Shown one piece after another: positions 29,077 to 38,867 of a stretch of 64,000 nucleotides of DNA. How positions within the stretch are numbered: the stretch's first letter is position 1; each line of letters starts with the position of its first letter. The DNA is from Anaerolineales bacterium (GTDB lineage Bacteria > Chloroflexota > Anaerolineae > Anaerolineales > UBA11579), in assembly GCA_963662985.1 (NCBI GenBank), contig OY760067.1, positions 1,407,287 to 1,471,286 on the forward strand, in the 5' to 3' direction. The notes beneath the pieces were generated by a model. It did not search any database. It was not told the DNA's origin and was given only the letters and a program-made list of their open reading frames with translations. Both the position numbers and the translations under genes were made by a program.

Positions 29077-29607
29077 TTATTTTTGTGCTTTTTTTAGATT
29101 ATATTTTTTCAACAATTTATTAACATATTTTCTAGTAAGCTTGATTTGATTATCTTCTATGGTTTTTATTTCTTGATTAACTGTATTTTGATCTAATTTA
29201 TAAAGCATTAAATATTCTTTCAGGCAATTTAATTGAACATCAAAATCCGAATCTTTTTTGATAGATATAAGAAAAATTTTATCTGGATAATCTAAATGTG
29301 ATGAAAGAACAAAAGAAGCGGATAAACGTAAAAATGGGGATGTATCTTTCAGTAATATATGCTTTACCTTATTAAGAACTCTTTCTACAAGAGGAAAATA
29401 ATGATAACCAATTTGTCGTAAACAATGTTCTCTCCATAATTCATGTTCATCTTCTAAGCCTTTTTCAAAAATATCAAAAGCTTCCATATTATTTTCATGA
29501 GCTAAATCCATGGCAAAAAGATAAACTTCTTTTGGGATTTTTAAATGTTTTTTATTTTTTTTATTATTCCATTGAATTAAAACATCGATTTTTTTACTAC
29601 TTTCCAT
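29077..29607 (-). CDS. AT-rich hypothetical protein, HEAT-repeat-like
   Basis: LEDEHELWR, LKDTSPFLR.SA and KKDSDFDVQ repeats resemble HEAT turns. Confidence 0.65.
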   Translation of the reverse strand: MESSKKIDVLIQWNNKKNKKHLKIPKEVYLFAMDLAHENNMEAFDIFEKGLEDEHELWREHCLRQIGYHYFPLVERVLNKVKHILLKDTSPFLRLSASFVLSSHLDYPDKIFLISIKKDSDFDVQLNCLKEYLMLYKLDQNTVNQEIKTIEDNQIKLTRKYVNKLLKKYNLKKAQK

Positions 29608-29663
29608 ATCTATGACACCCTAAGCTTTTTAAGTATATCGAAAATATAAACTTCTAGAGTAAT

Positions 29664-30827
29664 TTAAATGTATTGGATTCTAACATTCTTGTTCAAAGAG
29701 CGTAAATATTCCACCATCTTTTCAACTAAATTGCGCCGTATAGACACACTCAATGGCAAACTCGGGTTTTGATAAAAAGCATTAATCGCTTGTCCCACCA
29801 CAAAAGTGATGTCATCTGCCACCAAAAGCTCCAATGCCAAAAGCATCGCCCCATCCTTATCAATATACAAATAAGAATAATCGCCTTCCACTTGCACCAT
29901 CAACTCATAGGCTTTATTGAGCGTCAAAACCCCTTCCGTAACGAGATCAACACCCTCCAACTCAAAGTAGGGAGGGATGTCATGTTTGATGCTCTCTTTG
30001 TGAATCACAATCTCTTTTTTCAAAAAGCGTGCCACAATATCCCCCGTAGTTCCCCCGCACACAATCTTTCGACCAGAGAAATTCACCAATTGGGCAGCAA
30101 TTCGTTCATCTTCATCTTTATCAATTGGAGGTCCTGTGAACACCATCGCCTCTCGTCTAGGGCGAAAAAACACGCCTGCCATCGAAGCGTCATCTCCCGG
30201 CTCATTTGCATAAAGAGCGTCTGTTTGCGTTAAAACACCGCGCACCACTTTTTCGGCATTCAAGGTTTTTGGAGTGATTAATGTATTCGCCATATAATCA
30301 ATGATCTGCCCACGGCCCCAATTCGGGTTATGACGAGCCCCCAATCCTGCATACCAAACCCCATCACTGATAATCGCCATATAATCATCTACTTGGGCTA
30401 CACCTTTGCAATATTTAATTTTATTGCCTGAGATAGTTTGCTCGGTGCAATGCAGATCACAGCGCTGTTTATTTCGAATAAAGATCGGATCCGGATTATC
30501 AAAATTAAACACTTCAAACATCATTGTCTGATTATCAATACTAATAATTGTGAAAGTAGCATAGGCAATTTTACGTACTTGGCAAGTGGGCAAAGTTTCG
30601 ATCACTGTCTCGATCACATCCTTTAAAGCAATATTTTCTTTCAACATCGTGATGATAATGCTCGTCGTTAGCGTTGCTAAAATATTCGCTTTTACTCCAC
30701 TCCCTAATCCATCAGAAAGTACTACATACGTCTTTTCATCTGTACGCAACACTCGCCATTGATCCCCGCACAGCTCTTCCCCACTTTTATTCAATCCAGC
30801 GCAAAAAACATCCGCAAACAAAGCCAT
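29664..30827 (-). CDS. SpoIIE/PP2C-type serine phosphatase, HfsC-like
   Basis: EELCGD, LSDGLGSGVKANIL, SDG, PGDD motifs; TGPP...CGGTT...LVTEG C-terminal domain seen in hydrogenase-associated phosphatases. Confidence 0.88.
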   Translation of the reverse strand: MALFADVFCAGLNKSGEELCGDQWRVLRTDEKTYVVLSDGLGSGVKANILATLTTSIIITMLKENIALKDVIETVIETLPTCQVRKIAYATFTIISIDNQTMMFEVFNFDNPDPIFIRNKQRCDLHCTEQTISGNKIKYCKGVAQVDDYMAIISDGVWYAGLGARHNPNWGRGQIIDYMANTLITPKTLNAEKVVRGVLTQTDALYANEPGDDASMAGVFFRPRREAMVFTGPPIDKDEDERIAAQLVNFSGRKIVCGGTTGDIVARFLKKEIVIHKESIKHDIPPYFELEGVDLVTEGVLTLNKAYELMVQVEGDYSYLYIDKDGAMLLALELLVADDITFVVGQAINAFYQNPSLPLSVSIRRNLVEKMVEYLRSLNKNVRIQYI

Positions 30828-31327
30828 CAGGAAGCATCCTCATTCAATAATGCCTGCACTTGCAGCAAAGAGGCCTTTGTCTCTGCAGTTGTTTCTCCCA
30901 ACAATCCAGCAATCTCTTGTGCAGTCTTCATTTGTTTATTGATCACTTGCTCCACTTTAGCCAAAGATAATTTTTTCAATTCATTCATTTCTTGGCGTTG
31001 TTGTTCTTCTTGAGAATAATCTACCAAAATGCAAGCGATTAATTTTTCTTGTGGCAAAGGAAAAATCACATTGCGCACAAACAAATTGAGGGCAGGGTAG
31101 TGATTTTCTACCCCTTTGATCACACTTTTAGTCTCCCAAGCATGCAAAAACTGATCGCCAATGCACATGATTTCTCGCACATCTCTACCGATCAAATCAT
31201 CATCTTCTGTTTGAAAAAAGGTACAAAAAGCTGGATTGACCACAACGATTTTCAAATCCAAGTTCACGGCCACTAAACCGTTTGGGTCATAGTCCCATAA
31301 TTTCTGCCATAAAGATGCGCTTTTCAT
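30827..31327 (-). CDS. Stand-alone PAS-domain protein resembling the C-terminus of HfsB/HydS
   Basis: PNGLVAV..VNPAF..F PAS start; VINKQM..AQEIAGLLGETTAETK..L tail; TGATG coupling to the phosphatase. Confidence 0.82.
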   Translation of the reverse strand: MKSASLWQKLWDYDPNGLVAVNLDLKIVVVNPAFCTFFQTEDDDLIGRDVREIMCIGDQFLHAWETKSVIKGVENHYPALNLFVRNVIFPLPQEKLIACILVDYSQEEQQRQEMNELKKLSLAKVEQVINKQMKTAQEIAGLLGETTAETKASLLQVQALLNEDAS

Positions 31328-31368
31328 ATGCTAATACTCCAGTTTTTAATTAAACCAAAATGTTTGAT

Positions 31369-32022
31369 CTACTCAAACTTTTCGTTGATCACTTTCATAG
31401 ATTCAACATAATGTGATAACACCATAATTCCCATACTCAAATCTTCATTGCGCACCATCACATCCTCCGGCACCTTTACCATCGTTGGAGTAAAATTCCA
31501 AATTGCCTTACAGCCGCCTTGTATCAAAAGATCAGCCATTTCTTGCGCAGTTTCCTCTGGTGTCGTAATGATCCCGATTTTCAATTTCATTCGCCGCACT
31601 AAGTTACTGATCTTATCAATTGGCATGATTGGAATATCCCCAATCTTTTCTCCCACTTTGTCTGGGTCATTATCAAAAGCCACCACAATTTGAATCCCGC
31701 TTTTCTCAAATCCTGGATAAAGTGCCAAAGCCTTTCCCAAATTCCCTGCGCCTACAATCACCGCATCCTTAGATTTTAGTAATCCCAAAGTGTCTTCCAA
31801 ACAATTCGCCAAAGATAAAATCGAATACCCGATTCCTGCTTGGCCTTGTTCCGGAAGAAACGCTAGGTCTTTGCGTACGTTTTGTGGAGAAACTTTAGCT
31901 CTTCGTCCAATTTCAGCAGAGGAGATAAATTCTTCGTGATGTTCAAGTGCATTTTTCAAAATGCGATAATAAATAGGTAATCGTTGTAAGCTCGGTTTAG
32001 GAATCGCTTTTGGGGTGGTCAT
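31369..32022 (-). CDS. rex: Redox-sensing transcriptional repressor Rex
   Basis: RLPIYYR, VRKDL, G..G.GY wing, GAGNLG Rossmann fold, IWNF; start re-placed at ATG 32022 after AAGGAG. Confidence 0.95.
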   Translation of the reverse strand: MTTPKAIPKPSLQRLPIYYRILKNALEHHEEFISSAEIGRRAKVSPQNVRKDLAFLPEQGQAGIGYSILSLANCLEDTLGLLKSKDAVIVGAGNLGKALALYPGFEKSGIQIVVAFDNDPDKVGEKIGDIPIMPIDKISNLVRRMKLKIGIITTPEETAQEMADLLIQGGCKAIWNFTPTMVKVPEDVMVRNEDLSMGIMVLSHYVESMKVINEKFE

Positions 32023-32051
32023 CTCCAATATCTCCTTCAAAACGCAATCAT

Positions 32052-32100
32052 TTGTTATCAATTTCACAATGATTGTATAAGTTTCTAAAAGTAATGTCAA
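32052..32100 (-). promoter_or_regulatory. rex promoter with autoregulatory Rex box
   Basis: Minus-strand TTGACA-17-TACAAT followed by TTGTGAAATTGATAACAA (32069-32052). Confidence 0.85.
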
Positions 32101-32111
32101 GTTTGGTGATA

Positions 32112-32142
32112 AAAAAAAGAGTGTTGTAACAACAACACTCTC
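32112..32142 (-). terminator. Intrinsic terminator after the MFS gene
   Basis: Minus strand GAGAGTGTTGTT-GTT-ACAACACTCTTTTTTT hairpin with U tract. Confidence 0.7.
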
Positions 32143-32168
32143 TAATATAATAATTTGAAATAGGACAA

Positions 32169-34457
32169 TCAGACATCAATCCCCGGATGTTTTCGTTCTC
32201 GATCCAACGTATCGATTACTGTCATCGACAAAATAAAGAATTCAGGTCGAGCTAATCCTTGTTTTTCCATATTCTCTAAAATTGCTTCAATCATCCAATG
32301 TAAATAATCTGGGATCTCTAATTGATTGATTTTTTCCAGCAAAGTTGCCCAAATCTGGAGCCCTTTGTTATATTCACCTTTTGCCATATACTTTTCACAA
32401 GAATCCAGCACTTCATCCACATTTAATGTCGACAATAATTTGCGTATAGTTTTCTTGCGATCACCGATTGCCGCGGCCAAAGTCGTTTCCATATCGATTT
32501 TGATTTCTCGCAACATCCGAATATATTCGCGGTCATCTCCCACACTGCGCGCCAAAGCCAACCCCACTTCATTGCGCAAATAGCCATCTTGAATATCGTT
32601 CAGCAACTCGATCGTTTTTGGTACAGCTTCTTTCACCTTCAACTTCCCCAATGCTGAAGCATAAGCAATTCGCATCCCGATATCAGAATCTTTATCCATT
32701 TGTTCCATGAAATAATCTTTAGAACCAATATCATCCACCATCGAAAGGGAACGTGCTGCATGAGCACGTACTGAGCGATAATTAGATCCATACATACTTT
32801 TGCGTAGTGCGTTTTTAGCTTCCTTGCTATCAGCTTTACTTAATGCCCATGCTGCCACCACGCTTAAAGCGGGTTCTCCACGTTCTAACACATTTGCTAA
32901 TGCCTTCGTCAAACGCGGATCCTCTCCATGGTGGGCGATCGAGATGATGGCTTCAAAGCGCACATAAAATCGTGGATCAGCTAATGCGATTAACAACTCA
33001 TCCACAGTTAAAGGACTTTTTGATTGGCCTAGTTGTTCAGTGATATTAATTGCCGTGTTCTCATCATTTGCCCGATGGAAGCGGATTAAGGAGTTGAATG
33101 CCATAAATGGACGCCCATGAATGAACATACTCACAAATTCTCCCACAGAAACACCTTCATCAATTCGCACAAATTGCATCACCAAAAAAGCAAAAATAGG
33201 CAAAGCAAATGAGATTACAAATAAAATAAAATAACTATCAATCGGACGGCCCAACAAAGAACCAGAGACGTTTTGAGTCAGGTCAATCAAACGACCACCC
33301 ATCACCTTACTAATCCCCCATGTGATGCCACCTAATGCGCTCCAAATTGCTAAATAGGACGTTCTGCTTTTCATTGGAATCATATTGACATTGAGTTGAC
33401 GTCCTTGGCCAATCACCCATCCCATAGATGCAATCCCAGCATAAAAAGAAACAAGCAATGCTAAAAGTAAACTGTAGCTAGAATGATGAGGCAAAAAGAA
33501 ATAGAAAATTGGCAATAAGATATAGAGGAATGCCCCAGATTGCAACACCGGTTTACTACCATAACGGTCCGCTGCCCACCCCCAAATATAGCTTGATAAC
33601 ACAGCGCCTAAGGTGGTTGCAGAGGTCATATACACCACTTGCCCTGTCGTTAATCCCACATTATCCAACATATACAAAGAGATAAAAGACTCCATCGGCG
33701 AGGTAGCCAATGTCATCAAAGAAACACCTAAGATGAACATCAAGTAATTTCGATCTTTCAATGGAATGTTCAATCCAGTGAATACTCGTTTATGTTCTGT
33801 CTTTGAAATAATCGGCTTTCCGCCTGGCACAAAGGTCGCCATCACAATCGTAACAACCCCAAAAAAGATTGCCACACCAAAGATCATCATAAAAATCCGC
33901 ATCTCTGTATTTTTATTTAATACATACCCTGCGATCGTTAGCACTAAGAACCCTGTCACGCTATTGATGATATTGTTCATCGCCGTATATTTGCCACGGA
34001 TATTCGCGGGCACATATTCTTGGCTCCATGGGTTCCAACCAGCCAAAGTGAAGGTGCGGAATAAAGCAAAGATTCCCACCATCACAGTGATTGTGATCCA
34101 TAAAATAGCACTCCCAAAATAGTTCAAGACCCAAGGGATCAATAACAATCCAGTCGATAGGGTTACTCGAATTGTGTTCCCCACTAAAAATGCGCGTTTA
34201 GGGCCGATCTTTTCCACCGTAGGCGTGAAGAAAGGAGTGAAGATCCCAGTCACATGTACTAAACCCAGCAATAAACCGATTCTTGTATTAGAAAATCCTA
34301 GTTCAGATAAGAACAAAACAAAGATACTGCTGAAAAAGGTCAGTATTGCATAGTTATTATTTGCAGCTGAGAATGCTAATGCAAAGGGAATCCCTTTACG
34401 TTTTTCAATAGTCGTAATTTCTTCAGATAATAATTCATCGAATGGTTTTTCAGTCAT
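32169..34457 (-). CDS. MFS transporter fused to C-terminal HEAT repeats
   Basis: About 12 TMs with G..ADRYGSK motif A; then LADPRFYVRFEA and VRAHAARSL HEAT units. Confidence 0.85.
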   Translation of the reverse strand: MTEKPFDELLSEEITTIEKRKGIPFALAFSAANNNYAILTFFSSIFVLFLSELGFSNTRIGLLLGLVHVTGIFTPFFTPTVEKIGPKRAFLVGNTIRVTLSTGLLLIPWVLNYFGSAILWITITVMVGIFALFRTFTLAGWNPWSQEYVPANIRGKYTAMNNIINSVTGFLVLTIAGYVLNKNTEMRIFMMIFGVAIFFGVVTIVMATFVPGGKPIISKTEHKRVFTGLNIPLKDRNYLMFILGVSLMTLATSPMESFISLYMLDNVGLTTGQVVYMTSATTLGAVLSSYIWGWAADRYGSKPVLQSGAFLYILLPIFYFFLPHHSSYSLLLALLVSFYAGIASMGWVIGQGRQLNVNMIPMKSRTSYLAIWSALGGITWGISKVMGGRLIDLTQNVSGSLLGRPIDSYFILFVISFALPIFAFLVMQFVRIDEGVSVGEFVSMFIHGRPFMAFNSLIRFHRANDENTAINITEQLGQSKSPLTVDELLIALADPRFYVRFEAIISIAHHGEDPRLTKALANVLERGEPALSVVAAWALSKADSKEAKNALRKSMYGSNYRSVRAHAARSLSMVDDIGSKDYFMEQMDKDSDIGMRIAYASALGKLKVKEAVPKTIELLNDIQDGYLRNEVGLALARSVGDDREYIRMLREIKIDMETTLAAAIGDRKKTIRKLLSTLNVDEVLDSCEKYMAKGEYNKGLQIWATLLEKINQLEIPDYLHWMIEAILENMEKQGLARPEFFILSMTVIDTLDRERKHPGIDV

Positions 34458-34499
34458 ATACGATTCCTAAATTAAATTTGCTGCATTTTCTATAACAAT

Positions 34500-35132
34500 T
34501 TACTGTAAGAATGGATTCTCTTTCTTTTCTCTACCGATTGTGGTTAATGCCCCATGCCCCGGATAAACGATTGTCTCATCAGGCAACACAAACAATTTAG
34601 TATGAATATTCTCAATCAATTCTGCTGTGCTCCCTCCCGGTAAGTCCGTTCGTCCTATCGAGCGAGAAAACAACACATCTCCGCTAAACAAAGCCTTATT
34701 CTCTGCATTATAAAAACAGCAATCGCTTTCTGTGTGCCCTGGAGTGTCGATTACCGTAAATTCATATGCACCAACTTTCATCACTGAACTGGCATTGAAT
34801 AAATTGGAAGGAGTTTCCAATTGAGGGAAAGGGTAGTTAAACATCGTGGCGCCGCCTTTTTGTTCCCACAAGGCCACACCTTTTTCATGCAACCAAACTT
34901 TTGAGGTCGGGTTGCACATTTCTAACAAATAAGCCACCCCACCAATATGATCAAAGTGGGGATGGGTCAACCAAATTTCTCGAATCATCACGCCAAGGCT
35001 TTGTGCTTTTTCATAAATTTCATTTTGGCTGATTGCAGGGTCAATCACCACCGCATCTTTGCTTTCGCTATCATACACAATATAGCTATTATTACTAATT
35101 GGCCCCAAGATCATTCGTTCAATTTTTAGCAT
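34500..35132 (-). CDS. MBL-fold metallo-hydrolase (glyoxalase II-like)
   Basis: THPHFDHIGG, PGHT, SGD, GRTDLPGG, PGHG; start after GAGG. Confidence 0.92.
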   Translation of the reverse strand: MLKIERMILGPISNNSYIVYDSESKDAVVIDPAISQNEIYEKAQSLGVMIREIWLTHPHFDHIGGVAYLLEMCNPTSKVWLHEKGVALWEQKGGATMFNYPFPQLETPSNLFNASSVMKVGAYEFTVIDTPGHTESDCCFYNAENKALFSGDVLFSRSIGRTDLPGGSTAELIENIHTKLFVLPDETIVYPGHGALTTIGREKKENPFLQ

Positions 35133-35287
35133 AAATTCCTCATAGATTGATATTTGTCTCATTATACTTGTTTCTTTAACATGCAGTTAGTAGTTTATTG
35201 AACTTTGGCGTTTAAACGTTGTACAATAATATTGAGTTAATCTATTCAGTACTTATTTCAAAAACATAGTATAAGGAGAAAATTTCA

Positions 35288-36667
35288 ATGCCCAAATATA
35301 TTCCAGAACCATTTCGCATCAAAGTTGTGGAACCCATCGAATTAAAAGACAGGAAAACAAGAGAAAAAGTCATCAAAGCGGCTGGCTTCAACACCTTCAG
35401 TGTCAAAGCTGAGGATATCTTCATTGACTTGATGACCGACTCAGGCACCTCTGCCATGAGCCAAAATCAATGGGCGGCCATGATGATTGGAGACGAATCT
35501 TACGCTGGTGCTCGTTCCTATTACCGTCTTAAAGAGGTTATCGACGAGATCTTTGGATTCAAGTTTTTTGTCCCCACCCATCAAGGTCGTGCAGCAGAGA
35601 ACATTCTCACTTCAGTTCTCCTCAAAGCAGGGGATTTTGTTCCCTCTAACCAACACTTTGACACCACCGAAGGCAACATCTATGGTCGCGGCGGCACCCC
35701 TGTCAATCTAGTCAATCCCGACGCCTATATCCTAGACAAACAAGTGCCTTTCAAAGGCAACATGGATATTGAAAAGCTCAAACAATTTATTGAAGAAACT
35801 GGTCCGGAACGCATTCCCTTTGGGATGATTACCATCACTAACAATGCCGGTGGTGGGCAGCCTGTCTCCATGCAAAACATTCGTGAGACAGCCAAGGTAT
35901 ATCATAGCTATGACATTCCTTTCTTTATTGATGCTTGCCGTTTTGCCGAAAACGCCTACTATATTCAACAACGAGAACCCGGCTACGCACATCGTTCCAT
36001 TCTTTCCATTGCCCAAGAGACCTTCTCCTACGCCGATGGCGCTACGATGAGCGCTAAAAAAGATGGCATGGTCAACATTGGTGGATTCCTCGCCATGAAC
36101 GACGAAGAAATGTTTGTCAACGTACGCAATGAACTCATCATGCGCGAAGGTTTTCCCACTTATGGTGGTCTTGCTGGTCGTGATCTTGATGCCCTTGCCG
36201 TAGGCTTTAAAGAAGTCCTCAAAGAAGACTATCTTGAATACCGTCTTGCGCAAACTCGTTATCTAGGTGAAAGTTTTGCAGAATTAGGCGTGCCCGTCAT
36301 GCAACCCATCGGTGCGCACGCTGTTTATATTGACGCCAAACAATTTTTCACCCACATTCCTCAAGTAGAACTCCCTGGCATTGCTCTTGCCGTTGCGCTC
36401 TATGAATATGGTGGCATCCGTGGCTGTGAGTTAGGCACCGTTGCCTTCTCTCACCCTGATCCTGAAACAGGTGAGATGATTATGCCCGAGCTAGACCTTG
36501 TGCGTTTAGCAATTCCTCGCCGAGTCTATACACAAAGCCACTTTGATTATATGATTGACGTGATGAAAGACATCATCGCCGACAAAGATAAATTCAAGGG
36601 CTATCGCATTGTCAAAGCCCCCAAACTCATGAGGCATTTCACAGCACAATATGAAAGACTTAAATAA
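35288..36667 (+). CDS. tnaA: Tryptophanase (beta-eliminating lyase family)
   Basis: EPFRIK, TDSGT, DESYAG, MSAKKD PLP lysine; C-terminal RHFTA (tryptophanase-type) rather than RFFTA (tyrosine phenol-lyase). Confidence 0.85.
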   Translation: MPKYIPEPFRIKVVEPIELKDRKTREKVIKAAGFNTFSVKAEDIFIDLMTDSGTSAMSQNQWAAMMIGDESYAGARSYYRLKEVIDEIFGFKFFVPTHQGRAAENILTSVLLKAGDFVPSNQHFDTTEGNIYGRGGTPVNLVNPDAYILDKQVPFKGNMDIEKLKQFIEETGPERIPFGMITITNNAGGGQPVSMQNIRETAKVYHSYDIPFFIDACRFAENAYYIQQREPGYAHRSILSIAQETFSYADGATMSAKKDGMVNIGGFLAMNDEEMFVNVRNELIMREGFPTYGGLAGRDLDALAVGFKEVLKEDYLEYRLAQTRYLGESFAELGVPVMQPIGAHAVYIDAKQFFTHIPQVELPGIALAVALYEYGGIRGCELGTVAFSHPDPETGEMIMPELDLVRLAIPRRVYTQSHFDYMIDVMKDIIADKDKFKGYRIVKAPKLMRHFTAQYERLK

Positions 36668-37415
36668 TCAACAAACAATCGAAAAAATGGCAGCTGCGCT
36701 TAACCAAGCGCAGTATGCTGTTGCCTTTACAGGTGCCGGCATCTCCGTAGAATCCGGCATCCCCACGTTTCGAGGAAAAGATGGCATTTGGAATCGCTAT
36801 GATCCTATCAGCCTTGACCTCACTTATTTCTATAAACATCCACAAGAAGCATGGGGCGTTATCAAAGAGATTTTTTACGACATGTTCGGTGCTGCTCACC
36901 CCAACCCTGCCCATCTAGGCCTTGCTCAGTTAGAGCAGCAAGGGCGCCTCAAAGCTGTCATCACCCAAAATATTGACAATCTTCATCAAGAAGCTGGCAA
37001 CACCGATGTTATCGAATATCATGGCACGTGTGCCAACTTAATTTGCACCCAATGTGGAAAAAAGGTTCCTGCCCAAGAAAGTTTGCTCACCACCTTACCC
37101 CCTCGCTGTGAAAAATGTAATGGTGTCCTTAAACCCGATTTTGTCTTCTTTGGAGAATTAATCCCTCCCCAAGCCCAAGAACGCTCATGGGACCTTATGC
37201 AGCGGGCCGATCTTGTTCTCATCATCGGTACTATCGGTGAAGTTATGCCCGCTTGTCAATTACCCTCCATCGCCAAGGCCAATGGCGCCACCATTTTAGA
37301 GATCAATCCAGAACCATCCGCTTTCACTTGGCGCACAACAGATTTATACCTCCCTATGCAAGCAGGCCAGGCGATGCCCTTGATTATGCAAGCTCTCAAA
37401 AACCAAAATTCATAA
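36651..37415 (+). CDS. cobB: NAD-dependent protein deacylase (sirtuin)
   Basis: TGAGIS..SGIPTFR, TQNID, HG, two CxxC, KP..V.FGE. Confidence 0.92.
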   Translation: MKDLNNQQTIEKMAAALNQAQYAVAFTGAGISVESGIPTFRGKDGIWNRYDPISLDLTYFYKHPQEAWGVIKEIFYDMFGAAHPNPAHLGLAQLEQQGRLKAVITQNIDNLHQEAGNTDVIEYHGTCANLICTQCGKKVPAQESLLTTLPPRCEKCNGVLKPDFVFFGELIPPQAQERSWDLMQRADLVLIIGTIGEVMPACQLPSIAKANGATILEINPEPSAFTWRTTDLYLPMQAGQAMPLIMQALKNQNS

Positions 37416-37525
37416 AATGAATATCATATTAAAGAACTTCTAGCAAAGTACTAGAAGTTCTTGACAGCGCTTTATCCAGGTAGTATTATCATGCTTAATC
37501 AAAATCCAAGGATAAAAGAGGAATT

Positions 37526-37966
37526 ATGAAACTTTCCAAACGTGGCGAATATGGAATGCGCGCATTGATTTACATCACTCGTGTCAGTGAGCAGTATCCC
37601 GTTGTTCCGATTAAACAGATCGCCCAAGAAGAAAATATTCCTCTTAAATTTCTAGAACAAATTCTTCTTTCCCTCAAAAATGCAGGTTTACTCAAAAGCA
37701 AAATGGGTGCCAATGGTGGCTACTATCTTGCCAAACCTTCAGATCAAATCACCTTAGGAGAGATTGAACGCATTCTAGATGGTCCACTTGCACCCATTAG
37801 TTGTGTCAGCAAATATGCCTATGAAAAATGTGCATGTTTAGACGAAGAATCCTGTGGCCTGCGTATGGTTATGTTAGATGTACGCAACGCAATTTCAGAC
37901 ATCCTAGATAAAACAACCCTGTGGGATGTAATAGAAAGAATGAATACAGTGAAGATGAGCTCCTAG
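37526..37966 (+). CDS. Rrf2-family transcriptional regulator with a Cys cluster
   Basis: YGMRAL, FLEQIL..L, G..GGY.L; C-x8-C-x-C-x5-C. Confidence 0.92.
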   Translation: MKLSKRGEYGMRALIYITRVSEQYPVVPIKQIAQEENIPLKFLEQILLSLKNAGLLKSKMGANGGYYLAKPSDQITLGEIERILDGPLAPISCVSKYAYEKCACLDEESCGLRMVMLDVRNAISDILDKTTLWDVIERMNTVKMSS

Positions 37967-37980
37967 AGCTCATTTTTTTT

Positions 37981-38012
37981 ATCTCCTATATTCCACTATA
38001 CCAATAGGAGAT
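37981..38012. promoter_or_regulatory. Inverted repeat upstream of tauE, possible Rrf2 operator
   Basis: ATCTCCTAT-N14-ATAGGAGAT. Confidence 0.4.
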
Positions 38013-38039
38013 ATAGAAAACCCATATGGAGGTAAAAGT

Positions 38040-38840
38040 ATGGAACATATTTGGAATATTTTAGTAGAGAACATTGATTCAATTGGCTTATATATCCTTG
38101 TTGGATTTATAGCCCAAATGGTAGATGGTGCCCTAGGGATGGCTTATGGAGTCCTGTCAAGCTCATTCTTGCTTAGTTTCGGGGTGTCTCCCGCTGCAGC
38201 AAGCGCATCCATTCACATTGCAGAGATCTTCACCACAGGTGTATCTGGTATATCTCACATGCGTGCAAAAAATATTAACAAGCCATTGTTGAAAAAACTT
38301 CTTATCCCTGGCATGGTTGGTGGTTTGTTAGGAGCCATAACCATTTCCGTCTTAGATAGCAAAGCCCTAAAACCTTATATTGCCTTATTCTTATTATTAA
38401 TGGGCATTCGCATTCTTATCAAAGCTATTCGATTCAACAAACAAAAAACAGATATTGAAGCAGATCCAGAAGCAGCAGCGAAGAGAAAATGGATTGCTCC
38501 TTTAGCTGTTTTAGGTGGCTTTTTTGATGCTTCAGGTGGTGGTGGTTGGGGTCCCATTGTCACTTCAACTTTGCTTGCCAATGGTGACCATCCTCGCAAA
38601 ACCATCGGCACAGTCAACACTGCTGAATTTTTTGTCACTGTTGTTCAAGTGATTATTTTCATCAGCTTGCTCAAGCTCACCAGCTGGGCTGTGATCTTAG
38701 GTTTGATGATTGGTGGTGTCATTGCTGCCCCACTCGGTGCCAACCTTGTTAGAAAAGTGCCAACTCGTGTCATGATGTATATTGTTGGCTGCCTCATCTG
38801 CTTCTTGCAGATTCGTACCATTTATTTAGCTTGGTTCTAA
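38040..38840 (+). CDS. Sulfite exporter TauE/SafE family protein
   Basis: DGALGMAYG, GGGGWGP, IGTVN.AEF motifs. Confidence 0.9.
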   Translation: MEHIWNILVENIDSIGLYILVGFIAQMVDGALGMAYGVLSSSFLLSFGVSPAAASASIHIAEIFTTGVSGISHMRAKNINKPLLKKLLIPGMVGGLLGAITISVLDSKALKPYIALFLLLMGIRILIKAIRFNKQKTDIEADPEAAAKRKWIAPLAVLGGFFDASGGGGWGPIVTSTLLANGDHPRKTIGTVNTAEFFVTVVQVIIFISLLKLTSWAVILGLMIGGVIAAPLGANLVRKVPTRVMMYIVGCLICFLQIRTIYLAWF

Positions 38841-38867
38841 GGGGTCAATCTCTGGTAAAATCAGGGC

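Noticed and set aside
32023-32100. Longer rex start given in the ORF track
   Set aside because: The TTG is the -35 box; the promoter, Rex box and RBS lie inside the extension
35288-36667. Tyrosine phenol-lyase assignment
   Set aside because: RHFTA and DESYAG favour tryptophanase, though only an assay would settle it
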